Below are positions 1-11,400 of a stretch of DNA of 64,000 nt, one piece after another. Location of the stretch: the NCBI GenBank assembly GCA_002721815.1, contig PBLQ01000001.1, positions 288,317 through 352,316 on the forward strand. Reading direction: 5' to 3'. Made by a program: the position numbers and the translations under genes. Position 1 is the stretch's first letter, and the number at the start of each line of letters is the position of its first letter. The DNA comes from Myxococcales bacterium. Its GTDB lineage: Bacteria > Myxococcota > UBA727 > GCA-2721815. The notes beneath the pieces are model-generated. The model did not search any database. It worked only from the letters and a program-made list of their open reading frames with translations, and had not been told where the DNA came from.

Positions 1-1
1 A

Positions 2-3000
2 CTCATTGGCTGTCCCGGTGCGCCAGAAGAAGATCCGGTGAAAATCGAAGGCGATGATGCAGGCGAATGCTCGGACGAGGCCGACAACGACAATGATGGT
101 CTCTTTGATTGTGATGATGAAGGCTGCAAAGGCTCTCCTGCCTGTAAAGAAGAACCAGCAACCGAAGGCACCGGCGATGGCAACACCGATGGCGCGACTG
201 AAGATGCAGGAAGCAGCGATGGCTCGGGTGAAGGCAACACCGATGGCGCAACTGTAGATGCGGGCAGCAGTGATGGTTCGGGTGAAGGCAATGGCGAAGG
301 CAACACCGATGGCGCAACCGCAGATGCGGGAAGCAGTGATGGCTCGGGTGAGGGCAATGGCGAAGGCAACAACGATGGCGCAACCGAAGATGCGGGAAGC
401 AGTGATGGCGCGGGTGAGGGCAATGGTGAAGGCAACACCGATGGCGCAACCGTAGACGCAGGAAGCAGTGATGGCGCGGGCGATGGCAGCACCGATGGCA
501 ACGACGAAGATGACGGCATTCCAGATTATACCTGTGAAGTGGCCACCGATCGCATTGGCGAGCTGCTTTCCTGCGATACCGATCAAAACTGTCCGTGCGG
601 CGCTCATTGTGTGTTCAGCATGTGCTCTTTTGGTTGCCATGAAACGCCATCACTGTGTGAAGATGATAAAACATGTGACTTTTTCGGCCGCTGCAAAGAG
701 AATACCAGCCCCAACAATGCACCGGGTATCAACGCCAAACCGAGGATAGCCGTGCACGTGGCACCTAAAAATTTGTCATTCGTGAATACCGATACAGTTC
801 AAGAACTCTCTTTTAATATCGACAGCGGGGAAGACCCTCAAACAATTCGAATACAAGCCCAGCAGGGGCTGGCCCTTAACTGCGACCCTGATAACAGTGA
901 TGCCTGGGAAGAAGAAGCCAGTGCAGATTTCCTCGAACTGAATCACGACCAATTCGGACCCAGCTGTAATGTCGTAATTGACAGTGATAAAAACGTCAAA
1001 ATCGGCGTCAAAGCCCTCACCTTACCCGCGCGATCGGGTGAACCAGAAGAGGTTGAATCCATCGTTAAGTTGGTCCATATTTTTTCTGAAAATGATCATT
1101 TCACCATCCCCACCGCTCTTTATAAACCCGAAACCACCATCCCCGAAACGCTCACAGAAGGCCGCTACCAAGGCTTCTATCATCTTTCGGAATTCGTTGG
1201 TTACAACGCAACCGACTGGACTAATTGGCTGAATGAAAGCCCGAATGACACAGTGAAACACCCTCTAATTTTTGATGTTTTTCCAGCCGTGCGCGATTCC
1301 GATCTATGGGCTGTTCGCATCACCGATCCTACCCAGTTTCTTTTAGGTAAACACGAACACGTGGGCTACATTTTTCAAGGTGGCCCTTTCCAGTATTTCA
1401 ATATTCCCGCCAGCGAATACCTGTCATCCATTTTGCCAGGGGGCGGAGACTCTTTTACCCTTTACGCCCAGGGCTACGGTCGCGTTCAGGGTCAAAACGC
1501 GCAGAGTATTTCAGGTAACCTCCAAATCCAAATCGACGGAGTGACCGATTCAGACTTTGATGTGCCATACATCGACTGGAGTTACGCCGTGCACCGAACG
1601 GGTGATGCAGAAGGCATCGCCCCCACCGCCAATGCGCTCGAAGACGAAGAGCGCCCAGAAAATTTCTACACCCAATTGAGCGGGGACTTACCCTGGGATG
1701 CCGTGACCAAAGAGGCCGTACGTGGGTTAGAGGTTGAAAATGATTCCGTCTACTCGGATCTTCGCTTGATGGAGTGGTTTTATAGAGAGTACGATGGCTC
1801 GCTTTTTTCTTGTGAGTGGGAAGACGATTTTGACTTTGCCACCTCCTTCGAATGCGGTTGCGGTTTCGCCACTGATAATTCCTTTCCTACTTCGTGCGGT
1901 ATCCTGGAAGATGCAGGGGCCACCTGCTACCCCACAGGATCCAACTGTGGCAATACAGGAGGTGATTTTGGGTTCGATATCCCAGGCAGCCCACAAACTT
2001 GTATGTTTTACACATCAGACCTCCCCATCAATGACGATGGTTACGCAAACAACTCCTCCGAGAAATCATTCCAATGCGCACAGCGCTACATGTGCTTTGC
2101 CGGTGAAAATGGTGACCTTGACAGCAGCAACCTCAACAATGTCTTCCACAGCATTTCAGGTGACTTGGAATGCAACGCTGGGCACGCGCAAAGCACATTC
2201 CCTATTTTACAAAAAGAAAGTACCGATGAAGTTCTTGATGCGCTTTCTCTCCTGCAAAAATGCCGCGCCGACCTTGCACGCACGCCACCCGACTTGACCG
2301 AAGATGATTTTTCTGAGGCGCGCGGGGGACTCTCTGCCGCTGGCACAGAAGGCGCTATGGGTAAAGTCTTTGACAATGCGGGCTGTCTGTCGTTCCCCCG
2401 CTTTTATAGAGCGCTTCACTTCGCATCTTTGAATCGTGACTGGTTCTTCATTGGCAATGAGAGCACCTACACCAAGTCTGACAAGCTCTTTGCACGGCTC
2501 GTAGGTCAGTGGCTGCAAGTCAACAGCTTCGTGGCCAATGAGACACGCCGGCAGGGTGAACTGGCACAACTTTTTGATGATGACCAAAATGATTTGGAAC
2601 AAATGGAGGCGACCCTCGATCAGCTCAGTGATGCCATAGGCTTCCTCCTGCACCCCCGAATCGCTCACTCCCTGGCCACACTCTCCACAGGCGCCATTTC
2701 GAACGGAGATTATCGCGAAGAATTTATCGTTGCTGTCCCGGTTGGAGAAGACAAAAAAGGCGACGTGGCCATTGGAATTCCCACTCTGATGGTAGAAACC
2801 TCGACCGAGATCTTAAAACTATTAGAGTGGTACGCCGACAAAATGCGACGAAAGGCCTACAATGGCGATTACGACCTCACACTTTTACTGGACGCGGTCC
2901 ATACCACAACCCGTAAAATACTTTGGGTGGAATACTGGGCCCGATACCTCCACCAGCGCACCTCCAATCCCAGTTGGGGCGAACGGTTTGAAGACGGGTT

Positions 3001-5446
3001 GCAAAACCAAACGGCCATTTTCCGTCGCATTAACACCATTGTGGAAAGCATTCGGCAGGGTAACAACCCATTGGGCATCGAAGAATCTGATCTGCCATTA
3101 TATCTCAATTCGCAGACCACTGGCGCCGGACGCCATAAAGCCATGAGCAACTACTTTCTGGCCATAAATTCCAGTGACAATTACAATGCAAGCATCGAAG
3201 TCAACCAAGCCATCACAAAAGTGAACGATGCGTTGAACGCGTACCAAGCCCTTCGAGACCGGACCCTTCAAAACTTCGCCACCACCAATGACAACCTTGG
3301 CCGGCAAGAAAGCATCAAAAAAGAGTATGGCCAGCGTCTCAGCCAACTGTGTGGCGCAGAACTGGGCACCGCTGAAGAAACATTCACACAAATCACCCAA
3401 GCGGGCTTCGAGCATACGAACTGTGTGTTTAAAGATACTGCCGGCTGCACCGTTTCCGAAGATGATTTATTTGAAAAAATGTCACTTTCGGACATCGCAT
3501 TTGATTTTTGTATGGCCAAAGAAATTCGTCAGCGCACTGCCAATGGTGTGTCCTATGATGACCCTGCATTGAACGATCTCATCGAAGTTCTAGAAGCCAA
3601 CGAAGTCGCTTACGACACCTTACTCGCCAGTCTTTCCGCATCGAGCAATCGCATGGTCGATCTGGCTTTAACCGAACTGGCTGAAGTGAACGTGATCTCC
3701 ATTGATAAAAGATCGCTTTTAAAAGCGTCAATCATCAATATCGATCGGGTTCTCCCCGAAATCTACCAACGGGCCCAGGCGAAGTGTCGTTCTGAGTTCC
3801 CCGAGGCTCAGACACAGCTGCCCAGCATTGCAGATTTAGAAGACGGCCCCATGAACAAACAAGAATGTTACCGCGCTGGTGCACTGGGACAGATGGCGCT
3901 CAGTATTCAAGGTGCGAGTACTGATTTCGAATTGGCCAAAACCCAAATCAATGAACTCACCGATCAATACGACCATGCGGTAACAGGCTGTCTTATGCAG
4001 CAGGCCACCACCAATGCTGTTGCCGATGCCAGTGCTGCGCACGCAGAAAAAATGCAAGGATGGCGGGCCGCACAAGGCGTTCTTAATGCGATTGGATCCA
4101 TCGCTGGGGCCCTGGTGAAGCCCACCCCTGCTGCGATTGTAGGCGGTATCGCCGGTGGGTACAGCGCCATTTTTGGTACACACATGGCCAACCTAGACCA
4201 ACAACATCAACGCAACATTCAAAATCTCCAAGCACTAGGTGCTCACCAGCTTTGTCTGCACAATGCCAAAGCACACTTGAATGGAATGAAATCTGCTCAA
4301 CTGCGCATCGAAAAATCGCTCAACCACATAGAGGCGCTTCGTCTCCAATACCGTGGACATCTTGAATCATTCAATCAAATGAAAAAAGAAGGGCAAGCCG
4401 CTTTAGCACGGCAAATCGAACGCGAAATGCCAGTGCTCGCCACTGATTTTTGGGCCGAAGACGAAGATAATAAAATTAAACTTGCCATGGCTCAAATGAA
4501 CCGAGCCCGTCGTGCTGTTTGGTTTGGGTTGCGTGCGGTGGAATATGAGCAGCAAATGACTATCAATAGCTCACACAATGATATCTCCATTCGTGAAAGC
4601 ATCCTCACCACCAATCGCCCAGATGATTTAAATAGCGTGCTAACATCGCTGCGAGGTTTAACAACCTCCATGGCCACTCAAGATGCGAATGAGACATCTC
4701 CCGCGCTCTCATTACGCACTGATATCTTCAATTACCGGTTTGATTCCCAGGCACAATTGGGACACCCAATGACATCTAAAGAAGCTTTCCGTGCGCACAT
4801 TACAAATCCCAAATTCGCTGTTTTTGAAAACGGAATTTACAAGGGTCAACGTATCCCCTTCACGCTCATGCCAAACACAGGTGATCACTATGACAATGGC
4901 TGGGGCAATGGACCAATCTCTCGAGATATTTGTGCCGAAAGACTCTGGAGCGTGAGTGTCAGCATTGAAGGTGACCGCGTTTTTACGGGAGCAGGCGAGA
5001 CGGCGCAAAAAAGTATCGTTATCCGTAAACACGGTGACTTTGGCTCACGTCCCTGTGAGCCCACTGAGGCATACCCAATAGAAAGCGATGCCAATCAGCC
5101 AGATCCATATACTCCCCCCATCGATCCAGTTTTCACCTCCGCTCGGTTTAAGCACAATCTTTTCCTAACTGATGAAGAACAAACGATCCCTGAGGAACCT
5201 TATGAATGGACCGCATCCGCCCTTGCACTTGGCTCACCTTTGTCTTCCCACACCGCTACCATTACAACTAATTTCGCAGCCCAGGGCCTTTTTGGGAAAT
5301 ATGATCTTTTTTTCAACAAAGTAGATATCTCTGATGATGGTGGTCCGGGTATTTGTCTAAGATGTCTGGATGATATCAAATTACATTTTACCTATCTTTA
5401 CAAAACACAAGAGGCACAAAATGCGTCTAATAATGAATCTCCATAG
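2..5446 (+). CDS. Giant secreted repeat-containing, largely alpha-helical protein. It is 5'-partial: the frame is open to the window start, and the first in-window Met is at 38. Candidate partner (A-component-like or pore-former) of the downstream SpvB-RHS protein.
   Basis: Continuous 1802-aa ORF with no stop upstream to the window edge. The N-terminus carries tandem GEGNTDGATxDAGSSDG repeats, followed by a Cys-rich block (CEVATDRIGELLSCDTDQNCPCGAHCVFSMCSFGCHE). Long helical stretches follow, including a Gly-rich hydrophobic hairpin (AIGSIAGALVKPTPAAIVGGIAGGYSAIFG). The stop at 5444-5446 overlaps the start of the next gene. Confidence 0.6.
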   Translation, partial: LIGCPGAPEEDPVKIEGDDAGECSDEADNDNDGLFDCDDEGCKGSPACKEEPATEGTGDGNTDGATEDAGSSDGSGEGNTDGATVDAGSSDGSGEGNGEGNTDGATADAGSSDGSGEGNGEGNNDGATEDAGSSDGAGEGNGEGNTDGATVDAGSSDGAGDGSTDGNDEDDGIPDYTCEVATDRIGELLSCDTDQNCPCGAHCVFSMCSFGCHETPSLCEDDKTCDFFGRCKENTSPNNAPGINAKPRIAVHVAPKNLSFVNTDTVQELSFNIDSGEDPQTIRIQAQQGLALNCDPDNSDAWEEEASADFLELNHDQFGPSCNVVIDSDKNVKIGVKALTLPARSGEPEEVESIVKLVHIFSENDHFTIPTALYKPETTIPETLTEGRYQGFYHLSEFVGYNATDWTNWLNESPNDTVKHPLIFDVFPAVRDSDLWAVRITDPTQFLLGKHEHVGYIFQGGPFQYFNIPASEYLSSILPGGGDSFTLYAQGYGRVQGQNAQSISGNLQIQIDGVTDSDFDVPYIDWSYAVHRTGDAEGIAPTANALEDEERPENFYTQLSGDLPWDAVTKEAVRGLEVENDSVYSDLRLMEWFYREYDGSLFSCEWEDDFDFATSFECGCGFATDNSFPTSCGILEDAGATCYPTGSNCGNTGGDFGFDIPGSPQTCMFYTSDLPINDDGYANNSSEKSFQCAQRYMCFAGENGDLDSSNLNNVFHSISGDLECNAGHAQSTFPILQKESTDEVLDALSLLQKCRADLARTPPDLTEDDFSEARGGLSAAGTEGAMGKVFDNAGCLSFPRFYRALHFASLNRDWFFIGNESTYTKSDKLFARLVGQWLQVNSFVANETRRQGELAQLFDDDQNDLEQMEATLDQLSDAIGFLLHPRIAHSLATLSTGAISNGDYREEFIVAVPVGEDKKGDVAIGIPTLMVETSTEILKLLEWYADKMRRKAYNGDYDLTLLLDAVHTTTRKILWVEYWARYLHQRTSNPSWGERFEDGLQNQTAIFRRINTIVESIRQGNNPLGIEESDLPLYLNSQTTGAGRHKAMSNYFLAINSSDNYNASIEVNQAITKVNDALNAYQALRDRTLQNFATTNDNLGRQESIKKEYGQRLSQLCGAELGTAEETFTQITQAGFEHTNCVFKDTAGCTVSEDDLFEKMSLSDIAFDFCMAKEIRQRTANGVSYDDPALNDLIEVLEANEVAYDTLLASLSASSNRMVDLALTELAEVNVISIDKRSLLKASIINIDRVLPEIYQRAQAKCRSEFPEAQTQLPSIADLEDGPMNKQECYRAGALGQMALSIQGASTDFELAKTQINELTDQYDHAVTGCLMQQATTNAVADASAAHAEKMQGWRAAQGVLNAIGSIAGALVKPTPAAIVGGIAGGYSAIFGTHMANLDQQHQRNIQNLQALGAHQLCLHNAKAHLNGMKSAQLRIEKSLNHIEALRLQYRGHLESFNQMKKEGQAALARQIEREMPVLATDFWAEDEDNKIKLAMAQMNRARRAVWFGLRAVEYEQQMTINSSHNDISIRESILTTNRPDDLNSVLTSLRGLTTSMATQDANETSPALSLRTDIFNYRFDSQAQLGHPMTSKEAFRAHITNPKFAVFENGIYKGQRIPFTLMPNTGDHYDNGWGNGPISRDICAERLWSVSVSIEGDRVFTGAGETAQKSIVIRKHGDFGSRPCEPTEAYPIESDANQPDPYTPPIDPVFTSARFKHNLFLTDEEQTIPEEPYEWTASALALGSPLSSHTATITTNFAAQGLFGKYDLFFNKVDISDDGGPGICLRCLDDIKLHFTYLYKTQEAQNASNNESP
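172..500 (+). repeat. In-frame tandem repeat of about 60-66 nt with roughly 5 imperfect copies, encoding a Gly/Asp/Ser/Thr-rich low-complexity linker
   Basis: The unit 'ggcaacaccgatggcgcaacc...gatgcgggaagcagtgatggctcgggtgagggcaatggcgaaggc' recurs with point differences. Protein-level repeat: GEGN(T/N)DGAT(V/A/E)DAGSSDG(S/A)GEGN. Confidence 0.8.
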
Positions 5447-8400
5447 TGCACTGACGCTTGGAGTTTCCTTATCTTTTTTGAGCGTCAGTCCCGCCGTCCA
5501 CGCCCTCAACGAACCCGCCGCCGGTTCGCTGTCACCCAGCACCCTCAAAAGCCCCAGCGGGCCAGCGAGCATCAAAGGTTTGGCGCAAGACCCCTCTTTG
5601 TCGCTTTTTTCAGCGCAGATACAATACCAAATTCCCATTGACCTGCCCGCGGGACCAGGCGGCATCAAGCCTTCCATGTCGTTGATGTACGACGGCTCTT
5701 TGGGCAGCGGCGCCATGGGCATGGGCTGGAAAATCGACGTGCCCCGCATCGAACGCAAAACACAAAAAGGCGTGCCCACCTTCACTTCAGCGGACGAACT
5801 CATTTTAAACGGGGTGGCTTTTGCAGGCGATATGATCGCCGATGATGACGGCACCTACTGGGTGGCAGGTCAAGGGCTCAAAGCCAAAGGCGCTCAAGCG
5901 GGCAACGGTTATGTCTTCACTGACAGCAGCGGTACCCAATATCTTTTTGGCATCACCGCCAACGGGCGACAGGCATCGGGCGCCGATACCTTTGGTTGGT
6001 GGCTGGAAAAACTCGAAAACATCCACGGCCAAGAAATCTTTTTTTACTACACCCAACACGAGGGCCAAATATACCCCGACAAAATTCAATACGGCCCGGC
6101 CGATGCGTTTGTGATCGAATTCCAGTACGAAACCCGCGATGATGTGGTGTTGGACTATAAAAAAGGTTTTTCCGTTCGCACCGAAAAACGCTTGCAAAAC
6201 ATTGTGGTGAACGCTTTTGATGAAGTTTTAAAAACCTACCATCTCACCTACGAAGAAAAACGTGGTTTATCACGCCTGAGCCAAGTGCGCATGACCGGCC
6301 GTGGTGGTGAGGGTGAGATGCCCGCACTCAGCTTTGGTTACGAAGAAGCCGACAACTTTGAAATGGTTGAAGTCACCGAGCAAGCCCCCTGGTTGTTGCA
6401 CGACCCCAACGCCACGTGGCTCGATGTGAATCAAGATGGTTTGGCCGACATGCTCGATCTCGCGGCGGGCAATTACCGCTACGCCCTCAACACCGGAAAC
6501 GGGTTTTCTCAAGCACGCAACTTCACGGGCTACAACAGCACCAATTTAAGCGCCCAACAAATCCGCTTTATGGATTTGTCCGGCAACAGCCGCGCTGAAC
6601 TGGTGGTGAGTTCCGGTTCCGGATGGAATGTTTACAATTTGGTGGGCGAGGATTTTACCAGCGCCGGCAGCTGGAGCAACACCTGGGATGTGCCCCTTCA
6701 TGATGCGAGCTGGCGCTTTGCCGACATGAACGGCGATGGCCGCACCGATGCAGTGAAACAACTCAGCGATGGACTGTCCATTCGCTGGGGGGAAGACAAC
6801 GGCATGTCTGACCCATTCGCCGTCACATTCTCGAGCGACCTGATGGGCTTGAGCATCACCGACCCCAATACCCACCTACAAGATTTTAACGGCGATGGTT
6901 TGGCCGATATCGTGAAAACCTCTGATGATGATGTCATGGTTTATCACGGACTGGGTGACGGCAATTTTTCTGAGGTTGCTTCCTTTAATGTCAATCTGGC
7001 TGGGTTTGTTGGCAATCAAATTCGTTTGGCAGATCTCAACCGCGATGGCATCACGGATTTGGTGCTCATCGATGGTTCTTACGTAGAGTGGGTGCCCATT
7101 TACCCAACCTATCGCGTGGGCGATGTGGTGCCTTTAGAGTCACCTGATGACGGCAGTGAAGCCACGGTGATGATCACTGACTTTAACGGCAATGGCAGCC
7201 AAGATGTGGTGTGGTCTTCGTACAACGATCTGTACTACCTCGATTTGGCGGGGCCCACTCATTTTGGCATGCTCACCACCGTTCAAAATGGTTTTGGCAA
7301 AACCACCACCTACGCATACAGCAGCTCGGCCGCTTTGGCCCAAGCCGCCCTCGAAGCCGATGAGCCCTGGAGCTTTGCGCTGCCTTCTGCCATGCCGGTG
7401 CCCATCCAACAAACCCATACCTTTGCGTCGGGCGAACCCGATCAAGTGTCTTTGTTCTCGGTGCGCGATGGCTTTTGGGATGGCGAAGAAAGGCGTTTTG
7501 GTGGCTTTTTGCTTTCTGAAACCACTTCCCAAGGCGTCACACCTGTAAACACCTTGGTGGAAGAAGTGATTTATCACCCTGGCATTGGCGAAGAGCGCTG
7601 CTTGCGCGGCAAGGTTGTTCAAAAAACGCGCAAGGATGGCAATGGCAAGGTGTTTGATGTTGAACAAAACACGTACGATGCTTTTGGACTTTCACTTATC
7701 AACAGCGATCACCCCAAACTCAAGATGCCGTTGCCCCTGAGCAACACCAAAAACATCTACGAAGGCAGCACAACCCCCGTCTCCATCAAAACGGAATATA
7801 GTTATAACGAATACGGCCAAAAATCCCAAGAACATCACCATGGCCGACTAGATATGGACCAAGACCAAAAAATCATTCACACCCAATATGCCAATAATTT
7901 TACTGAATGGGTTTTAGATAAAAAGGCAGAAACATACACATCAGAAGACAGTACATCTGCCCACTACCAAAAAACGCGGTATTTCTATTACTCAGATGAT
8001 GGCAATATCTTAGATAATGGAGAAAGCGGAAACGGTTTATTGGCGGAAATTAAACAATACAACCAAGAGGAAGACCGTTGGCTCGATGTCGCAGAAAAAC
8101 AATACGATACGGCTGGTAATGAAATTTGGAATAAGGCCAAAGGCGTTGTTAGCGATATAATCTACGACAATGATAAACTTTTTGCCATCGAAGAAAAACT
8201 CAACCGAGGAGATGGAACCTTTTGGAGCTGGACCGCACAATGGGATAAGACACTTGGCAAGATCACCTCCGTTACATCACCGGATGGTGTCATAGAGAGT
8301 TCACATTACGACTCCCTGGGTCGTTTAACCGGGCAGAGTCGGAATAATGGCGAACCATTTATTACCTACGCCTACGACTGGGATAATCCATTTTCAACCA

Positions 8401-11400
8401 TTACCGAAACAGAAAATGCCAACACAGATTCTCCGTTCGTCAAAACCAATATTATGAACTCCAATCTTCAACCCGTTTTTTCGCGTGTAACAATGGCGAA
8501 CTCGCAACGTTTAATTGGCGCGTTATCCTTTTACGACGAAAGAGGTGAGCTCGTTAAGAAACACCAAAACTTTTTCACCACCGAAGACACACCTGGTGAA
8601 TCGGACTACGAAAATATTTCCGCCTTGCTTTTAGAAAAAGATGCATTAGGGCGAGATATCCGGTCAACAGGTCTTAATGGCGTGGTCCAAAACATCACTC
8701 ACCATGCAAGCCGCACCCACACGGCCGTAGCCGGAATTGGTGATTCTATCATTGAGCTCGATGGACTAGGGCGACGTACCGCATTTACTCGCCAAGGCGA
8801 AGATCAGACCATCGAGACGCGCTATTATTACAATGTGTTGGATTTACCCGCATCCATCACTAAGAATAACGATGCTTGGCAAAAATCATTTTCCTACAAC
8901 AGTATGGGTCAACTCATTCAAAGTCAGTCGCCAGAAGTGGGAGTCAGCTATTACACCTACGACGATATGGGCCGGCTAAAGACCCGTACCAACGCCGAAA
9001 GCCAAGAGCGCAGTTATGTTTTTGATGAATTGGGGCGGCTCATTGAGAAGAAAGACAACGAAGGTATCAGTTACAAATACCATTACGATGAACAACACCC
9101 AGATTTTGGCGATTGGCAAGAAAACGTAGAGGGCAGGCTATCATGGATTGAAGAGCCGAATGGTTTTAGGGCTTACTCGTACGACCAATACGGTCGTCCA
9201 GATAAAGCACATCAAAATATTCTAGGTATCTCGGTCGCCATGCAAAAAGAAATGCTACCTAGCGGAACATTATCGGCATTTCATTTGGACGATTTAACCA
9301 TTAGCTACCAATACAATAATGCTGGTCAACTTACAGAAATTGAAAACGTCTGGGAAGCCGAAGAGATTACGGCGGATGGCATTATCACTCGCGAGCGTTT
9401 TGCAAATGGCGTTTTGCAAACCAAGGAGCTCGATGAAAACATGAGGGCCGTCGCCGTAAAAACATTTAATGATGACACAGTGTTCCAACATCAGGAAATG
9501 ACATACAACAATCATGGCGCTTTATCTGCAGTTGATGATTTGATTGAGAGTGATTTTTCTCGAACCGTTCAATACACCTATAATAAGCTGAATCAAATTG
9601 TCTCAGCAGAGTATGACGATTTTGAAGTGGATTATGCTTTTGATGCTTTAGGTAATCTTACGTCAAAGACAGTCACCGGGCAAAACGCACCATTACAAAA
9701 TCAAACACTACAATACGGGCTGAACGGACAAAGCGTTCATCAATTAAGCCAGTTCAACGACACCGGCTTTAATTACGACCTTGCGGGGCGAATTATTGGG
9801 GCCGGCACTGCTGCTTATACTTACGATACTTTCGATCGTCTAAAATCGATCGACAATGAAAATGAACAGGCGACCTATACCTATGGTCATGACGACGCTC
9901 TACAAGTCTCACGCTCTAATGGCACCATTCAGAGTCTTCGGTTTGAAAATGGTATTTTTTGGGAAGATCAAAATACATTTCTTTATGTCCAAAATAATGG
10001 GCGTATGCTCGCACGGCTCCCAATTTCACCCATTAGCAACGACCTTGTGGGTGCCGGCTCTAATTCTGGTGCCGGGTTTATTTTTCCTTTGCAGAATTAT
10101 TTTTTCCTCACAGCTGTGATTCTTTTGCTGGTGTTAATGCTGCAATCAAAATCTAGGCGGCGGCTGGTTTTAGCAACACTCGTCTTCTTGTCTTGTGACC
10201 CCAACAGTGACGATACGCCGCAAGAACAAAAAACCAACCAACAAAACACCGACCAAGATTTATTTGATACCGACCCTCCTGCGTCCCCTCCGCGCGATGC
10301 TGGACCAAACAACACAACAGCGAATGATGGAGGCACTCCTTTAGAGTTCACCGATGATGGAGGCACTTCTTTAGAGCTCTTTGATGATGGAGGTGTACCT
10401 CATCTCCAAGAATTAAATGCACTGTATTTTCACAATACTGGCCTTACAGGGGGCATTGCACTGGTTACCAGTGAAGCCGGACAATTACTTGAGGGTCGAC
10501 TTTACAGCCCATATGGCTCTTTACTTGAGGGCACCCAGGACATGGACACGCACGGTGCCGTGGGGAAACACCAAGACAAACTCAGTGGCTTCCAATACTA
10601 CGGGGGTCGCTGGTATGCGCCTCAATGGAGTCAATGGCTAACAGCAGATCCGCTCCTGTATTGGCCAGGTGAAGATCTGATCAATCAAGGTTCCACCCTA
10701 CACCCCTATGCATTCAACGCGGGCAATCCAGTCAATAAAATCGATCCGGATGGGGCCAGAACCGAGGAGTACATGGGTTTGGATTTCTCCCAAGATGGCC
10801 GTACGATTTTAGGTACCACCAAAAGTAGCTATTTTGGGGGCAAAGTTTTCAAATACAGTTCTGCAATTCTTTTTGGTGCGTTGACCGCCGGAATGGGGAC
10901 CGTTGCATCCGTCGGCGCTGGCTTGGCGCTCGAAGGCGGCAAAGCAGCCATTACGGGAGAACTTCAGTACGTCAAAGATTTCCTTATTGGGGAAGCAAAG
11001 GCAGAGGCCTTAGGGAGAATGAACGGACATAAAGGCATTGCGAGCGCCGTTTTGCTGGGCGTGGAAGTGGCCAAAGATGCAATGGAAATGCCTGGTAAAT
11101 TGGAAAGTATCTTTGTTCAACAGATGGCTTTAAAAGTCATGGCTGAAAGAGGTGTGGGTTATCACAGCAGACACAATGGCGGCTTGAGAATATCTAGTCA
11201 ATTTGGCGACGCCAAGGGCTGGAACGAACGAACGCTAAAAACAGCCCTCAAAGGGGAATATAACATCGCTTATTTTTATGTGCTGGGTAAAGCCAAAAAA
11301 ATGGGTTACGACCTATCAACAGCGACTGGCCGCTCTGACTTCAAAGGCTCATTTGAACAAGCTAAAAAGCATGGCCACTGGGCGGGCTTGGAACGTGAAT

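Noticed and set aside
3-449. 148-aa minus-strand ORF rich in His/Arg/Cys/Leu (MRHRCCLHHCPHPRHH...)
   Set aside because: It is the antisense reading of the in-frame GEGNTDGAT tandem repeat of the giant plus-strand gene. The repeat periodicity creates an open frame on the opposite strand. No start context or independent support.
172-500. Possible CRISPR array, considered because of regularly spaced direct repeats here and at 24340-24510 and 48958-49190
   Set aside because: Repeats are contiguous with no spacers, imperfect, lie in-frame within ORFs and encode low-complexity peptide repeats. No cas genes or leader sequences are present.
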